The translations under genes and the position numbers were made by a program. From positions 1-58,728 of the forward strand of contig CAXXSM010000164.1 in assembly GCA_963663405.2 (NCBI GenBank): 58,728 nt of DNA, written 5' to 3'. Shown here in pieces: positions 32,636-45,600 of this stretch (position 1 is the first letter of the stretch; the number at the start of each line of letters is the position of its first letter). The DNA is from a bacterium (GTDB taxonomy: Bacteria > Hinthialibacterota > Hinthialibacteria > Hinthialibacterales > Hinthialibacteraceae). Below the pieces are notes generated by a model, which was not told where the DNA came from, did not search any database, and worked only from the letters and a program-made list of their open reading frames with translations.

Positions 32636-35600
32636 TTAATATATCCTATAACGATTTATATTTGTATCTGCAGAAATATTAAGTTCATGTACAAAATACT
32701 GAGCTGGCAATCCAAGTTCTTCTATTGTTACATAAATGCTATATGGCCCTTCCTTTTTGCCGGGTGTGATCTGCCAATCATATATAATAGTTTCATCTTC
32801 ATTAACAATATTAAAAGGGATTGAAATCTGATCCGTAGTTGAAAATGAATCAGGTAGATAAAGACGAATAATTACATTTTTTGCAATCGAACCAATATTA
32901 ATGGCAGAAAAAGTTATATTGAATGGCTCATCGATATTAATTTGATTAGGAGCACTAATCATTCCATCAAATATCGCTGTTTTAGATCGTACAGTCAGCA
33001 TAGAAGAAATTCGAGCAAGAACATGCCCTTCTGAACTTTGAAATGCGATCTCAAAGGGATGTGTACCCATTCTGTTGACTTTGCAGGTCCACTCAAACGT
33101 GTTTTCCGAATATGCAGATACGATATATTCGATTGCATCTCCCATTAATGTAAATACTCCGTCAGAACCGGTGGATAGCATGGGAGGAATCAATTGTAAA
33201 TCCATGGATGCATCATTGATAAGCGTACAAGTCAAATGGAAATATTCATTTTCATTCATTCGATTTGGTATATCCAACTTTATTTTTGGACTTGGAACAT
33301 GGAATATAACTGTAGTTTCCATTTGTTTAGTTTCGGTTAAAAGTTGTACTTCAATCTCATAGTCTCCAGGAGATAAGTAGTCTCCATAATTTATCGGAAT
33401 ATTTATTTGACGATTTTCATTCATATTGAGTTCAATAATCTCACTGAACATTAATATCATTTGAGTTCCAATAGTACTGAAATTACTTACTTCATCAATC
33501 TTATCTTTCATCCATACAAGACATCCAATCGTTTCGAAAGAATTGGATTGATTTGTGATATGAATCTGCATCCATCCAGATTCCATAAAAACATTTGGTG
33601 GAGATGTCTCAATCGTCAAATTGAATCGGTTCTCGTATTGTTTTGGATATATGTTTTGATTAGTAAAATTATTATCATTATCTTGCTTTGAAAACAGATT
33701 GTAAGGCCATTTTGTTTGATAAAAAGAAATGATATTTATAGATTTTCCATAATCGGGATTATAAACATTCACACTTGAAGAACATTGATTTCCATTTTCT
33801 TTTTTCCACAAGCGTGTTACATTATCCGGTCCTTTTGTCTCAATGATTCCTTTGAATATATTCCACAATCCTGGTGTTTGCCCAGGTGTTAATTCACGGT
33901 ATTCTTCCCATGGTAAATTGATCTCTTCCCATATAAATCGAGCAGGATCCATAGGAAGTCCGTCTTCTTCTCGATCTATTTTGATAGTCTGAACCACATC
34001 TCTTTTAACAGGATATAATAAAGGACCCCAAGGAGATGCAAATGTTCCATCTACTACTCTCCAATCCAAATCACCCAACTGTTGTGGAAATAGATAGACT
34101 TCATTCCATACATGGTATCTTTCCCATCGTTCAAAATATTTAAGATCATTATATGGTAAAACTCGTCCTTGAGATTGGTTGTATAGATACCATGATCTGC
34201 ATAAATTAAAAGGTTCAATACGATCAGTTCCTGCATTCCAAGCAACAACACCTCGACATGGAATCCCAAGACTTCTCAACATGGCTGTAACAACTGTGGC
34301 AATATGATTACATTGACCCTCATGCCATGTAAGGCCATATATTTTTCCATTTGCAATTATATTCGATGCATCTTTTGATGGTAGGCTTTGAGGATTTGTT
34401 GCATATTTAATAAATCCGCTATCATTTGTTTTTGTTTCTCCACGGATGTTAACATTGGAGCCACCTTGTGATAAATCAACTATTATTTGAGTTGCTTTTA
34501 TTGCATCTTTCTCATAATCGACAAGTTGGATTACCTTTAAAAATTGTTCTTTATGCCAAGGTGTAACAATATAATCCGGTCCAAATGAAAGTTCCTTTTC
34601 TCCAAGCACATATTGATCTAGTTGTTTGGTCGAGAGTCCATAGGGATAGAAACAGACATCATCGTCATAGATTTGATCGTATCGATCTTCATTATAAGGA
34701 TTGAATATTACATAGAATTCACGCGTCTCATCTTGAGCGATTTCTTTTAATTGCTCGGATAGTATTCCTCTTAATTTATATTCACCGATTGGTATTTCTG
34801 TTGGTAAAAGAATCTGAAGATCTAATATGGTGTTATCAATATCTTGGTTGTAGGTTTTTCCAAGAATGCGGAAATATGAAAATAATTGGAAAAGACAATC
34901 TGTAAAATCTGTATGAATCAAATTGATTTGTTGATAGTCATTATTATTATCAATTAGGTATAACTTTAATTCATGAATATTCGGATCAAATTTTCCAGTG
35001 ATCGTAGCTTGCGCTCTAAATGTACTTGCTCGTCTCAATACATCTACATTGTTATCCCAATATTTTTTTGTAAAATGGGAATTGCCAGGATTCATTAAAC
35101 CGATTTTGATTATGCTCTTCGAACTCAAATCGATTTCAGTTCTCACTAAATCAGATAATTTATCATTATCAGTAACAGTCAACATTACATTGTATTTTTT
35201 AGGAATTTTATACTGATGAAATAATTTCTGATGTGTCCATTCAATTCCTTCAGTGGTTGTGCCATCACCAAAATCCCATTGATATTTCGTGATGTCATTT
35301 CCTAGATCAAAAGATGGTGAAGCATCAAAATATATATTTAAATTATCGTATTGTGTAGCATTAAATGCCGCAACTGGTGGTGATTCAACAGTGATCTCTC
35401 CCGGAAATCGATAATTATCATCAAAAATCCATTTATATGGCAGCGTTGCATAAATCCGAAATATCGGATCTGTGAGATCTCCATAAACATGGAAACGATC
35501 AATCCGTATATAATCTCCATTTACTACAGGTGAAAAATATAGATCGATACTTGTTACTGTTTGTTTTGAAATAGAATAGGTCAGAGACGCATTGGGAGGC

Positions 35601-37606
35601 TCATATAGAAATTCGTGGTTTCCTACATCGTGATAAGTGTTTGTAGCATTCCAATAATGCTCAACCAATGTGTAATCAAAATCAAATTTTCCTTCAAAGC
35701 GTGATAATTGAAATTCAAGAAGATCTGTTTCATGTTCCGGCCGTGACGCAGTACCTTCGGTATCTCCTTCAAAACTTAAACTCCATCGTAAATCATCATA
35801 ATCTCCATCATTGTAATCCAAATGCTGATGTCCATCTCCGCTACCGTTGAGTGACACCTCGATATTAAATTCGGATGCTGTATCCGTTTTCAAAAAAGGT
35901 GTTGGTGTTAAAGTAATCGTTGGAGTTAGAGTCGGTGTGTTGGTAGGTGTATTTGTTGGAGTTGGACTATCCGTCGGTGTTGCAGTTGGAGTATGCGTTG
36001 GTGTAACTGTAAAAGTTGGAGTAAAACTCGGTGTGTATGTTGGTGTCGATGTGTTTGTATTTGTCGGTGTAGGTTCGGGTGTTTGCGTACCGGATCGTGT
36101 CGGTGTTATAGTTAGAGTTGGAGGCCAAGTTGAAGTTGGAGTCTTTGTCAAAGATGGAGTTTCTGTCGGTGTGTGAGTATACGTGTTAGTCGGTGTTATT
36201 GTTGGAGTTTGAGTGGCAGTCGGGGTTGGAGTCGGCGTCGGGGGATGCTGTATAGTAATTTTTCTATCACCAGCACGGGCATGGTTATTTGTTTCTTCAT
36301 ATTCATCGATAATTTCTTCGCTGTCGATAAACCATCCTACCCAATAATCTCCTTCAGGGATTGAACTGGGGACGGTGCTTTCCCATTCTACACGGGCGGT
36401 CTCGAATGGAGCGAGAGTCGAAGTAAAGTCTAAGGCGCCTATAAAATATGCGTTTGGACTCGTGGTTGAAGGTACCGCATAAAATGAAATCGTAAATGGA
36501 TCGGCTTCTTTTATTCCTACGTTTTTTATTTCTGTCCAAATATAAAGATAATCTTTGTCAACGACAACTGTGTTAGGTGTGAAATTTTTGTAGTCTGTAT
36601 CTGCGTCGATTAAGTCAGGTAAGTCTACAGGACGATCATCTTCATCCATCCACTGATTTATAAGTGATATTCTTTCATTAGTCAATCTAGCTCCTGCATT
36701 GACAAGAACATCATCTAAATATCCACTTCCACCATGAACGGCAACAATATCTCGCCTGCCATTAGAAGGATCATATATATAAATTGGCATCCCGCTTTGT
36801 CCTTCTTCTGCATCGATGTTATATATAAGGAGTTCATCCATCGCTCCGATACCATAATCCGAATCGCGGTAGAGATAGGTACCATCATTAATATCGATCG
36901 GATATCCAGCGCCATTAAGAATATCCTGATAATTTGGAGATCCTGCCGGTCCAGCCCACATTCCCATTGCTCCAGTAATATTTCCAATGCAACGATCCAA
37001 TGTTATTAATGCAAAATCATATTTCCTTTCTCGATTATTATTATAGGCGCTTAGAAACCGCAAGATATTCTCCCTTGCATAATGAAAGGGTTGCTCATCT
37101 CCTGACAAACCAGGAACAATTTTGATTGAATCGACCCATCCACCTTTTTCAGGATCGTATAAACAGTGTGCCGCAGTCAATACATGAAAGGTATTTCCAT
37201 CTCCGCGTTGTATAATCGCACCGGTACCATTACGAAACACTCCCGGTTGATCTGGAAACTCTAAATAAAGCTTACAGATACAACGCCATGGATAAAGCTC
37301 CGTATCGTATACAATGGTTCTTCCATCAACCGGAGGAATAATAGCTTTTGGAAGAACCGTATGTAAGAGAGACGCAGGATTTATTTTCTCTTTTATATTT
37401 TGTACTGAATTATTCAAGGTTTGACTTGCATTTTGAATTGCAGTAACGGATACCGTTTGAACGATTTCCTTACGAGTTTGCATATCATATTTTACAACGG
37501 ATATATCTATCGCGTTTGCGGTTGATAAGATAAAAAATATCAAGAGTAAAATATAATAGATAATTGAGTTTAGACATATTTTGTTGAAAATTCTGATCAA
37601 TTTCAT
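32636..37606 (-). CDS. Giant secreted protein: V8-like serine protease, CARDB, Pro/Thr linker, PKD, animal-type transglutaminase, Ig-like barrels
   Basis: Signal peptide; [28 protein letters not shown]; IDEYEETNN; (PT)n; [21 protein letters not shown]; [55 protein letters not shown]. Confidence 0.85.
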   Translation of the reverse strand: MKLIRIFNKICLNSIIYYILLLIFFILSTANAIDISVVKYDMQTRKEIVQTVSVTAIQNASQTLNNSVQNIKEKINPASLLHTVLPKAIIPPVDGRTIVYDTELYPWRCICKLYLEFPDQPGVFRNGTGAIIQRGDGNTFHVLTAAHCLYDPEKGGWVDSIKIVPGLSGDEQPFHYARENILRFLSAYNNNRERKYDFALITLDRCIGNITGAMGMWAGPAGSPNYQDILNGAGYPIDINDGTYLYRDSDYGIGAMDELLIYNIDAEEGQSGMPIYIYDPSNGRRDIVAVHGGSGYLDDVLVNAGARLTNERISLINQWMDEDDRPVDLPDLIDADTDYKNFTPNTVVVDKDYLYIWTEIKNVGIKEADPFTISFYAVPSTTSPNAYFIGALDFTSTLAPFETARVEWESTVPSSIPEGDYWVGWFIDSEEIIDEYEETNNHARAGDRKITIQHPPTPTPTPTATQTPTITPTNTYTHTPTETPSLTKTPTSTWPPTLTITPTRSGTQTPEPTPTNTNTSTPTYTPSFTPTFTVTPTHTPTATPTDSPTPTNTPTNTPTLTPTITLTPTPFLKTDTASEFNIEVSLNGSGDGHQHLDYNDGDYDDLRWSLSFEGDTEGTASRPEHETDLLEFQLSRFEGKFDFDYTLVEHYWNATNTYHDVGNHEFLYEPPNASLTYSISKQTVTSIDLYFSPVVNGDYIRIDRFHVYGDLTDPIFRIYATLPYKWIFDDNYRFPGEITVESPPVAAFNATQYDNLNIYFDASPSFDLGNDITKYQWDFGDGTTTEGIEWTHQKLFHQYKIPKKYNVMLTVTDNDKLSDLVRTEIDLSSKSIIKIGLMNPGNSHFTKKYWDNNVDVLRRASTFRAQATITGKFDPNIHELKLYLIDNNNDYQQINLIHTDFTDCLFQLFSYFRILGKTYNQDIDNTILDLQILLPTEIPIGEYKLRGILSEQLKEIAQDETREFYVIFNPYNEDRYDQIYDDDVCFYPYGLSTKQLDQYVLGEKELSFGPDYIVTPWHKEQFLKVIQLVDYEKDAIKATQIIVDLSQGGSNVNIRGETKTNDSGFIKYATNPQSLPSKDASNIIANGKIYGLTWHEGQCNHIATVVTAMLRSLGIPCRGVVAWNAGTDRIEPFNLCRSWYLYNQSQGRVLPYNDLKYFERWERYHVWNEVYLFPQQLGDLDWRVVDGTFASPWGPLLYPVKRDVVQTIKIDREEDGLPMDPARFIWEEINLPWEEYRELTPGQTPGLWNIFKGIIETKGPDNVTRLWKKENGNQCSSSVNVYNPDYGKSINIISFYQTKWPYNLFSKQDNDNNFTNQNIYPKQYENRFNLTIETSPPNVFMESGWMQIHITNQSNSFETIGCLVWMKDKIDEVSNFSTIGTQMILMFSEIIELNMNENRQINIPINYGDYLSPGDYEIEVQLLTETKQMETTVIFHVPSPKIKLDIPNRMNENEYFHLTCTLINDASMDLQLIPPMLSTGSDGVFTLMGDAIEYIVSAYSENTFEWTCKVNRMGTHPFEIAFQSSEGHVLARISSMLTVRSKTAIFDGMISAPNQINIDEPFNITFSAINIGSIAKNVIIRLYLPDSFSTTDQISIPFNIVNEDETIIYDWQITPGKKEGPYSIYVTIEELGLPAQYFVHELNISADTNINRYRIY
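35895..36245 (-). repeat. Pro/Thr-rich low-complexity linker (coding)
   Basis: [19 protein letters not shown]...TPTP. Confidence 0.9.
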
Positions 37607-37845
37607 AGTTACTCCTGTGTTTACTTCAGATTAATTGTCAATTTATCAATTACGCTAGAAAAAATAAAGATACATCTCAAAGACCATACCATTAATTTTT
37701 ATTATTTCTAATAACCAATATTTTGCATATTGCTGGTCGATAAAGGTCTTCTAATAATAAAGAAACGGTTAATTATGTTGTTGTCATACTTGATTTGACT
37801 ATATCACATTGATTAGAAAAAAAGTAATTCTATTTTATCAATATA

Positions 37846-39599
37846 CTATTTATTTAAAAATATCTTATCTTCATATCCGTAGATGTTTCCTATTTGGAAG
37901 AATCCGTTCATCTTTTTGGCTTGAAGAAATGGATTTATTTGCATTTGGGTGGGAAAAAGGTCTCTTGATATACGATGGATTTCTAAGTTATCAAAATCTA
38001 CTGTTACAGTATCGTCTATTTCACTGTTTGCAACTTGAAATACTGAACTACAGCGTTTCTTTCTGGTATAAATAATGCTTCAAGGAATTGGAATTGGTTT
38101 TCGAATCGATTTACAGTCATTAGCATATTTACACCGATGGATCCATCTAGCGCTGCGTATTCCATTGTATCGGCCATTACGGCATCAAGGGCGCCAACTG
38201 CTAAGGATATATTTGGATTACTTGATCTTGCGCTTATCTTAATATAGACAATATCATTTTCTTCTACTTCGAATGGTTTTCCAAATATTGTGGCGCCTTC
38301 ACCTTTGTTTACATTAACAGTTATACCTTGGCCATCCGTAAATATATCCTCTTCAGACTCCTTTGGTAATACTCCAAAAGATACATCTCCAAGATTCATG
38401 CCCGTTGGAACTGCAATAATAATATTATTATATTCTGCTGTTGGAGCTGTAAAAGAATATATTTTTGATTGAGGAACTATTGTTATAATATCATTTAGAG
38501 GAGGATATATTTCTATATCATCTATGTACCAGCCTTCGGATTCGTAATGATTATTAATACTTACCCCAAATATCTCGTAATGTTCATGTTCTTCATGATG
38601 GTAAAATGCAATACGGATTTTCTTTCCAGCATACTTAGTGATATCAATCCGATATGGAGTCCAAACACCTGATGTACCAGAAAATCTTGGTCCAATATCC
38701 TCCCATGCTTCCCAAGTTGTAGCGCTAGGTTTAACTTTATAACTAATTTGTACTTGACCATAATCATACCATACATAAGAATACCAGTGCCAAAAACGTA
38801 TTTGTAATTCATCATCATTGTTACCTGTAGCAGGTAAAATAAATGGCGCACTTATTAATCGACTAGGTGTATCTAGAGGATAATTACCCTCCAGTATAGT
38901 TGCAGCACATGAAACACCACTGTGCACACAATTAGAGCAGTTAGGATCTCGTTCTCCAATTTGCCAGACTCCATATTGAGTATCCCAAAAACCATAACCA
39001 TTTTCAAAAGTCTCTTCACCACAAAATGTTGGTTCACATTTCCAAATACTTATGTGATCGATATACCATCCTGTGGATTCGTAATGATTATTAATACTTA
39101 CCCCAAATATCTCATAATGTTCATGAACACCACAATGATATAATCCAAGTTGTATCTGTTTTCCAGCATATAATGTTAAATCGATTTTTCTCTCATACCA
39201 ATAACTACTATTAGTATGATCATTATAATAATCACCAATATCAAACCATTCCTCCCAAGTTGATCCATTATATATCCTAATTCTTACAACTCCATAGTCA
39301 TACCAAGTATACCATGACTTTTGCCATATACGTAATTGAAGAATTTCAAAATCCCCACTCACTTCCGGTAATGTAATTTTATCCCCTTCAAAAAGACTTG
39401 TTTGTTCTACTGGATAATTTCCATCTAATATTGTTGCAGCGACTCCAGTAGCATCAGACACATTTCCAATTTCCCATACACCATTTGAAGGAAACCAATC
39501 TCCGTACTCGTTAAAATCATTCTCATAGATGAGTGTTTCTGCTGATACACTAAATGTCGAAATACAAAGAATAACTATAGAAACCAATAGATTTTTCAT
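37846..39599 (-). CDS. Secreted protein with two cleaved-adhesin/MAM-like jelly-roll repeats and a C-terminal domain shared with the neighbouring paralog; frameshift near 38045
   Basis: Signal peptide; repeated GVW(E/Q)IG..ATIL.GNYP..IDL/IT.YAGK.I..GWYID; alternative frame FQVANSE..VTVDFDNLEI..NGFFQIGN matches the paralog. Confidence 0.75.
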
Positions 39600-39632
39600 A
39601 AACCTACTCCTTTAAAATAGTAATCATATTAT

Positions 39633-40660
39633 TTATTGATTTACATTGATAAATATTTTGTCACCATATCCATATATATCATTCCCCATCTGGAAAAAAC
39701 CATTTATGGTGTTCCCTAAAGTTGATGTTGTAGAGCGGATGGGTTCTGGGAATTGATTTTTTGAAAAACGATAGATTTCAAGATTGTCGAATTGAACAGT
39801 TACCGTATTTTCTTCATTACTATTCGCTACTTGGAATACTGGGACGACTGCGTTGCGTTTTGGTTCATAACACGCCCATAAATAGCCAAATTGATCGACG
39901 TACTGTTCGGAATTTATAATCATATTGACACCGATCGAACCATCTAATGCGGCGTTTTCAATGGAATCAGCCATAACAGCATCCAATGCGCCAACAGCAA
40001 GAGCCACATTAGAATCACTTGTCTGGGTACTGACTCGAACATAGACGATATCGTTCTCCTTAACCTCAAATGGTTTTCCAAAAAAAGTTGCACCTTCATT
40101 CTTGTTTATATTAACTCTTATCCCGGCGCCATCAGTGTATTCCAAATCCTCATTTTCTATACTTAACACATCAAATGAGACATTCCCCAGCTGAAAACCG
40201 GTAGGTGGCTGTAAAATGAGATTATTGTCTACAGAAGTTGGGGCGCTAAAAGTATATTGAGTTTTATATGGTGTTGGAGGAGTTGCTTTATCAATAATAT
40301 CATTAGGAACAATCCTGATATCATCAATATACCAACCATATCCCACATATTGATCATCATCATTAATATGATGAAAAGCAATTGAAATTTTTTCTCCTGC
40401 AAATTGAGTTATATCTATATGATAAGGGGACCAAACAATAGATGAACCTGAAAAACAAGAACTAATGGGTATCCACTCATATATTTTATAGTCATCATCA
40501 TACTTTCCTATATGAACAATCCCACCATCACCATTTTCATAGTCATACCAATGCCAAAAACGTAATTCATAAATATCATACTCACTTTGAGTAGCACGCA
40601 TCACAATAGGAGGACTAATTATATAACAATCATTTCCAAATTGTCGATATGATCCTTTTA
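39633..40660 (-). pseudogene. Paralog of the previous gene, 5'-truncated by the IS
   Basis: LRFWHWY, IDITQFAGEKI, GWYIDDI, identical AVGALDAVMAD..AALDGSIGVNM; open frame runs to the IS boundary with no signal peptide. Confidence 0.75.
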
Positions 40661-42539
40661 TGACGCCGCGGCAAAAAGTCTGCAGAAAAAGTATGTAAAA
40701 ATGGTTAAAACTGACTAATAATTCTTGAAAAAACTACCAAAAAAGTGTATACTTAAATTATGTAAATTCAATGTGTAAGGTTGAGAGATGTTCCGAATTG
40801 ATGACAATCAGCAAGGCTCTTTGATCGATCCCTTTGACTACCTCGGGCCCAAGCGGAAAGAACTTCTGAACTCAGGTTGGGCCGGTTTTTTCCAGTCTAA
40901 CATAATTGATCAACTCCCCGTCGATGAGATCCAATCCAGTTTCCATACCCACATGGGTCGGCCGACCAAAGAAATCCGGACGGTCCTCGGTGTGCTTATC
41001 TTGCAACAACTGTTCGACCTAACTGATCAAGAGACGGTCCGCCAGTTTGCCTTTAACACCGAATGGCATTATGCGTTGAACATCCGTCTGGAAGACGATG
41101 AGTCCAAATATCTGTGCGAGCGCACATTACGAACTTATCGTTCGCTTGCGACGGAACTGAAAATCGATACGATCCTCTTCCGGTTGTTGACCGATGAACT
41201 GCTGACCAAACTGAATATCCCGACGAAAAAACAGCGCTTGGATTCCACACACATTCGATCCGACATGCGGCGCTTGAGCCGGTTGGAATTGTTCCTCAAA
41301 ACGATTCGAAAATTTTTGAACGTGATGAGCAAAGAACACAAGACTCTGTTAACCAAGAGAGTGGACAGCGAACTGATCGAGCGGTATCTGGGCAAGACAA
41401 GCGGGTATTTTGGGCAGGTCAAACCGTCGGAAGCTCAAGCCGCTTTGCAGCAAGCCGCCGAGGATTTACTGGTCTTGGTGGAGATCTTTCGCCTGCATCG
41501 CAAGATCCGGGGAATGCCAGTCTTTCGCCTATTACAGCGTGTGCTTGACGAACAATGTCATGTCAGCAGCGAAGGGGAAGACGCAAAGGTGGAAGTGAAA
41601 AATCCCAAGGAGGTTCCGTCCGACAGTCTGCAGAATCCATCGGATGAGGACGCGGGGTATAGCGGTCATAAAGGGCAAGGCTATCAAGCGCAGTTGATGG
41701 AAACATGCCAGGACGAGACGGCCGAGGACGAACCGGCGGCACCGAATTTGATCACGTACGTTGACGTGGAACCGGCGAATTGCAGTGACAGCGACGCGGC
41801 GCTGCCAGCCATTGAAGAGACGAAAGAGCGGGGCTGCGCGCCGGAAGAGTTGTTGGTTGATAGTCTGTATGGAAGCGACGAGAACGTGCAGAAGGCGGCG
41901 GGAGAAGGAGTGGACTTGATCGCGCCCACAATGGGGAAACCGAAAAGCAAAGAGACCAAACTCATCTTGGATGACTTTACGGTCGATGAAGAAACGGGGG
42001 AAGTGACGGCGTGTCCAGCCGGGGAGGCGCCGTGTGAGATCCAGCGCGGGAAAGACGATGAATTGAAAATTTACTTTGATCCAGAAGTCTGCGCCAACTG
42101 TGAACATCATGACTATTGCAGCGTGGGAATGAACGCGGAATGTAAGTTGGAATACACGCCAAAGCAATTGCGATTGGCGCAACGGCGTGTGGCGGAGGAG
42201 TCGGATGAGTTTCGGGAGAGGTACCGATTGCGTTCAGGGATTGAAGCCCTGAACGCGAAACTGAAACGAATGCTGGGATTGGGGCGCTTGCGAGTGAGAG
42301 GGCTGGCGAGAGTGCGCTTCGCGGTCACGCTGAAAGCGCTGGGTTGGAACATCATTCAGGCGGCGCGGGCGTAAAAAGGCCCGTTTTCGGCCTTTTTCGA
42401 CGTGAGAACCACCCGGGAGGCTGTCAAAACATATAGTTGGAATCCGGTTCTTTAGAATTTATTATAGACATACTGCATAGGGTATGAGAAACGAGTATTT
42501 CGGGATAAATCGAAATTCGGACTTTTTACCGGGGCGTCA
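40661..42539 (+). mobile_element. IS1182-like insertion sequence
   Basis: IRs TGACGCCGCGGCAAAAAGTC / TGACGCCCCGGTAAAAAGTC (rc); no clear target duplication. Confidence 0.8.
40788..42374 (+). CDS. DDE transposase (IS1182-like)
   Basis: GRPTK, LTDQE, WHYAL, RLDSTH, SLQNPSDEDA, GYQAQ, VDSLYG, CPAG..C..C..C, YRLRSGIEALN..KR..LRVRGL. Confidence 0.88.
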   Translation: MFRIDDNQQGSLIDPFDYLGPKRKELLNSGWAGFFQSNIIDQLPVDEIQSSFHTHMGRPTKEIRTVLGVLILQQLFDLTDQETVRQFAFNTEWHYALNIRLEDDESKYLCERTLRTYRSLATELKIDTILFRLLTDELLTKLNIPTKKQRLDSTHIRSDMRRLSRLELFLKTIRKFLNVMSKEHKTLLTKRVDSELIERYLGKTSGYFGQVKPSEAQAALQQAAEDLLVLVEIFRLHRKIRGMPVFRLLQRVLDEQCHVSSEGEDAKVEVKNPKEVPSDSLQNPSDEDAGYSGHKGQGYQAQLMETCQDETAEDEPAAPNLITYVDVEPANCSDSDAALPAIEETKERGCAPEELLVDSLYGSDENVQKAAGEGVDLIAPTMGKPKSKETKLILDDFTVDEETGEVTACPAGEAPCEIQRGKDDELKIYFDPEVCANCEHHDYCSVGMNAECKLEYTPKQLRLAQRRVAEESDEFRERYRLRSGIEALNAKLKRMLGLGRLRVRGLARVRFAVTLKALGWNIIQAARA

Positions 42540-42641
42540 ATCAAGGATAGTATTTTTTTAATTAAAATACAACAATCTAAACAAACACGTTGAATATTGT
42601 GTATCTCCTGTATGTCTTTTAAGAGTTATGAGGTTATAGAG

Positions 42642-45600
42642 ATGGCTGATAAACCAACCCGTGAAGAGATCAAGAACAAACTAAGAGAACTTGCATTAAC
42701 CGATTTCGAGCAGAAAGACTTGCTAAAGTCTCTTTTAATGGAGGAAGAGACATACCGGCATTTGTTTGAGAACATGTTGCATGAAGTCCATATTTGGGAA
42801 GTCATCTACGATGAACACGGTTCAATTAAGACCTGGAAATTAGTGGACGCTAATCCTGGCGCCCTTCGATCTTGGGGCAAGTCTCTATCAACAATAATAG
42901 GTAAAACAACAGATGAAATATTCCCTGATTCAAATGCAACAGAACTCTTCATGCCCATTGTTAAAAAGATATTCGAAGAAGTAACACCTCACGAGTGGGA
43001 GGTTTATTTTCCAGCGACAGACCAATTTCTCCACATGATTAGTATTCCGTTTAAGAATTTCTTTATCAGTACCGGATTAGATGTTACGCAGCATAAACGG
43101 AATGAAATTTACTTGAAACAAAGCCTTGAAATGCACAAACGCACTGAGGCCATTGCTCATATCGGAAGTTGGGAATGGGATATTCAAAAAGACAGTGTAT
43201 TTTGGTCCGAAGAGATGTTTCGGATATTTCAACGAGATCCTTCTGAGGGGGCTCCCTCGTATGCCGAACACCCAAGTTTCTACGCCGCCGAGGACATGCA
43301 ACGATTAGATAATGCTGTTCAACTCTGCATTTCAGAGGGTACACCATATGCATTAGAACTACGGATTATTCGAACGGATGGTGATATTCGGTATTGCGTT
43401 GCTAGAGGGCAATCACAAACCGATGAAAATGGGGAGATTGCTCGGTTGGTTGGCAGTTTACAAGACATCACCGAACGCAAGGTGATGGAGGATAATCTTC
43501 GTAAAAGTGAGGCCCGTTACCGGGGCGTTGTCGAAGATCAGACCGAGATAATCTCGCGGTTCCAGATTGACGGAACCTTTACCTGGGTAAACGAGTTTTC
43601 GGCTCAGTATATAGGCAAGACGGTTGATGAACTGATTGGTAGCAGTTTTATGGACTTCCTAAGTCCGGAAGAACAGGTCAAGGTGCGCGAGAATTTGGAC
43701 CAGATCACGGTTGATAACCCTGTGTTGGAGAGCACACAGCAGTTTCGGCTTCCCAATGGTGAGACAAGATATCTCCAATGGAGAAACCGGGGGATCTTCG
43801 ATAAACATGGTGAAGTTGTTGAATTCCAGGGCGTGGGTCGCGACATCACCGAACGCAAGGCGGCCGAAGAGGCTCTCAATGAAGCTCTTTTGCGGCAACA
43901 GGAAGCCGTGAAAGCTGGCAATGTCGGGCTCTGGGATTGGGATCTCGAGACTAACAACGTCCGATATTCTGCTGAATGGAAACGCCAGATCGGCTACGAA
44001 GAGGACGAGATCGGTGACAACTTCGATGAGTGGGAAAGCCGTGTGCATCCAGATGATCTTTCGAGAATTTTAGGACGAATAAAGCAGTATATCCGAGATA
44101 GGGCGAGTGCCTATAAGGTTGAGTTTCGCTTCCGGCATAAGGATGGTTCGTATCGCTGGATCCTGGCGCAGGCGTCTGTCTTGACGGACGAAAACGGTGA
44201 ACCTTACCGCGTTCTCGGCTCACACATCGACATCACCGAGCACAAGACGGTCGAGGAGGCTCTGCGAGAAAGTGAAGAACGTTTTAGTAAAATCTTCGAG
44301 ATGTCGCTAGATTTGATTTGCATCGCGGATATCAACACAACTTCATTCCTAACCGTTAATCCTTCTTTCAAGCGTGTACTAGGTTATGAACAGCATGAAC
44401 TTGTTGGACGCAGTTTCTTAGAATTTATTCACCCTGAAGATGTTGATAAAACGAAAACAATTGTTGAAACTCACCTCAAAAAAGGCCTATTCGTAATTGA
44501 ATTTGAAAATCGCTACCGCCATAAAAAAGGATTTTATTTGACTTTAGATTGGGTCTCTCATCCGCTGCTGGAAAAAGGTGTAACCTACGCCATCGCACGC
44601 GACATTACAGAACGCAAGAAGGCTGAACTCGCCCTGCGCGAAAGCGAACACAGAGTGCGGACCAAATTGAACGCCCTTCTCGATCCAGAAGGCGATCTTG
44701 GGATGCTGAATCTCGCCGACGTAATGGATTGCGATGAGATTCAATCTCTGATGGACGATTTCCATGCATTGACCGATATCGGCATCGGCATCCTCGATCT
44801 GGATGGGAACATCCTTGTCAGAACCGGCTGGCAGGATGTCTGCACGAAATTCCACCGGGTTCACCCCGAGACGGAAAAACTCTGCCGGGAGAGCGACTCG
44901 AAACTCACATCCGGCGTGGAGCTGGGAACCTTTGAAATCTACAAATGCAAGAACAACCTGTGGGACATGGTGACCCCGATAATGGTTGGCGGGAAACACG
45001 TGGGCAATCTCTTCCTCGGCCAGTTCTTCATCGAGGATGAAACGCCCGACATCGCGACTTTCCGCGAACAGGCGCGTCGCTACAAATTCGACGAGGAGGC
45101 ATACCTAAAGGCCTACCATGCCATCCCACGCTGGTCCCGCGAAACCATCGATCGGGTCATGACCTTCTACTGCAACCTAATCAATGTCATCTCCCGCCTG
45201 TCCTACGCCCACATCAAACTGGCCCAGACTACCGAGGCGCTGCGGAGAAGCGAGGGGAAATTCCGGGCGCTTATTGAAAACACAATTGATTGGATCTGGG
45301 AAACCGGCGCCAATGGCACGTATACCTACGCAAGCGAGAATGCATATGAACTACTGGGATATACCAACGTGGAATTACTGGGCAGAACCCCATTCGATTT
45401 AATGGATAACGAAGAGGCCGATCGTGTCCGGAGCATCTTCCAAGACGTTGCGCAGAAGTATGATAGGATTCTTCATTTGGAAGATACCTTGCTTCATAAA
45501 GATGGACATCCTGTCATTTTCGAGACGAATGCAACGCCTCTTATTGATGAAAATGGTGATTTGCTGGGGTATTTTGGTACTTGTCGCGACATCACCGAAA

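Noticed and set aside
35895-36245. CRISPR or tandem DNA repeat array
   Set aside because: Degenerate Pro/Thr codons with no constant repeat-spacer period; no cas genes seen.
38538-39125. DGR template/variable repeat pair
   Set aside because: Both copies are coding, differ by one synonymous change, and there is no reverse transcriptase in the window.
41532-42182. Long antisense or alternative-frame ORFs (also 2674..3243, 27769..28278, 53078..53695)
   Set aside because: Shadows of well-supported GC-rich genes; no recognisable motifs.
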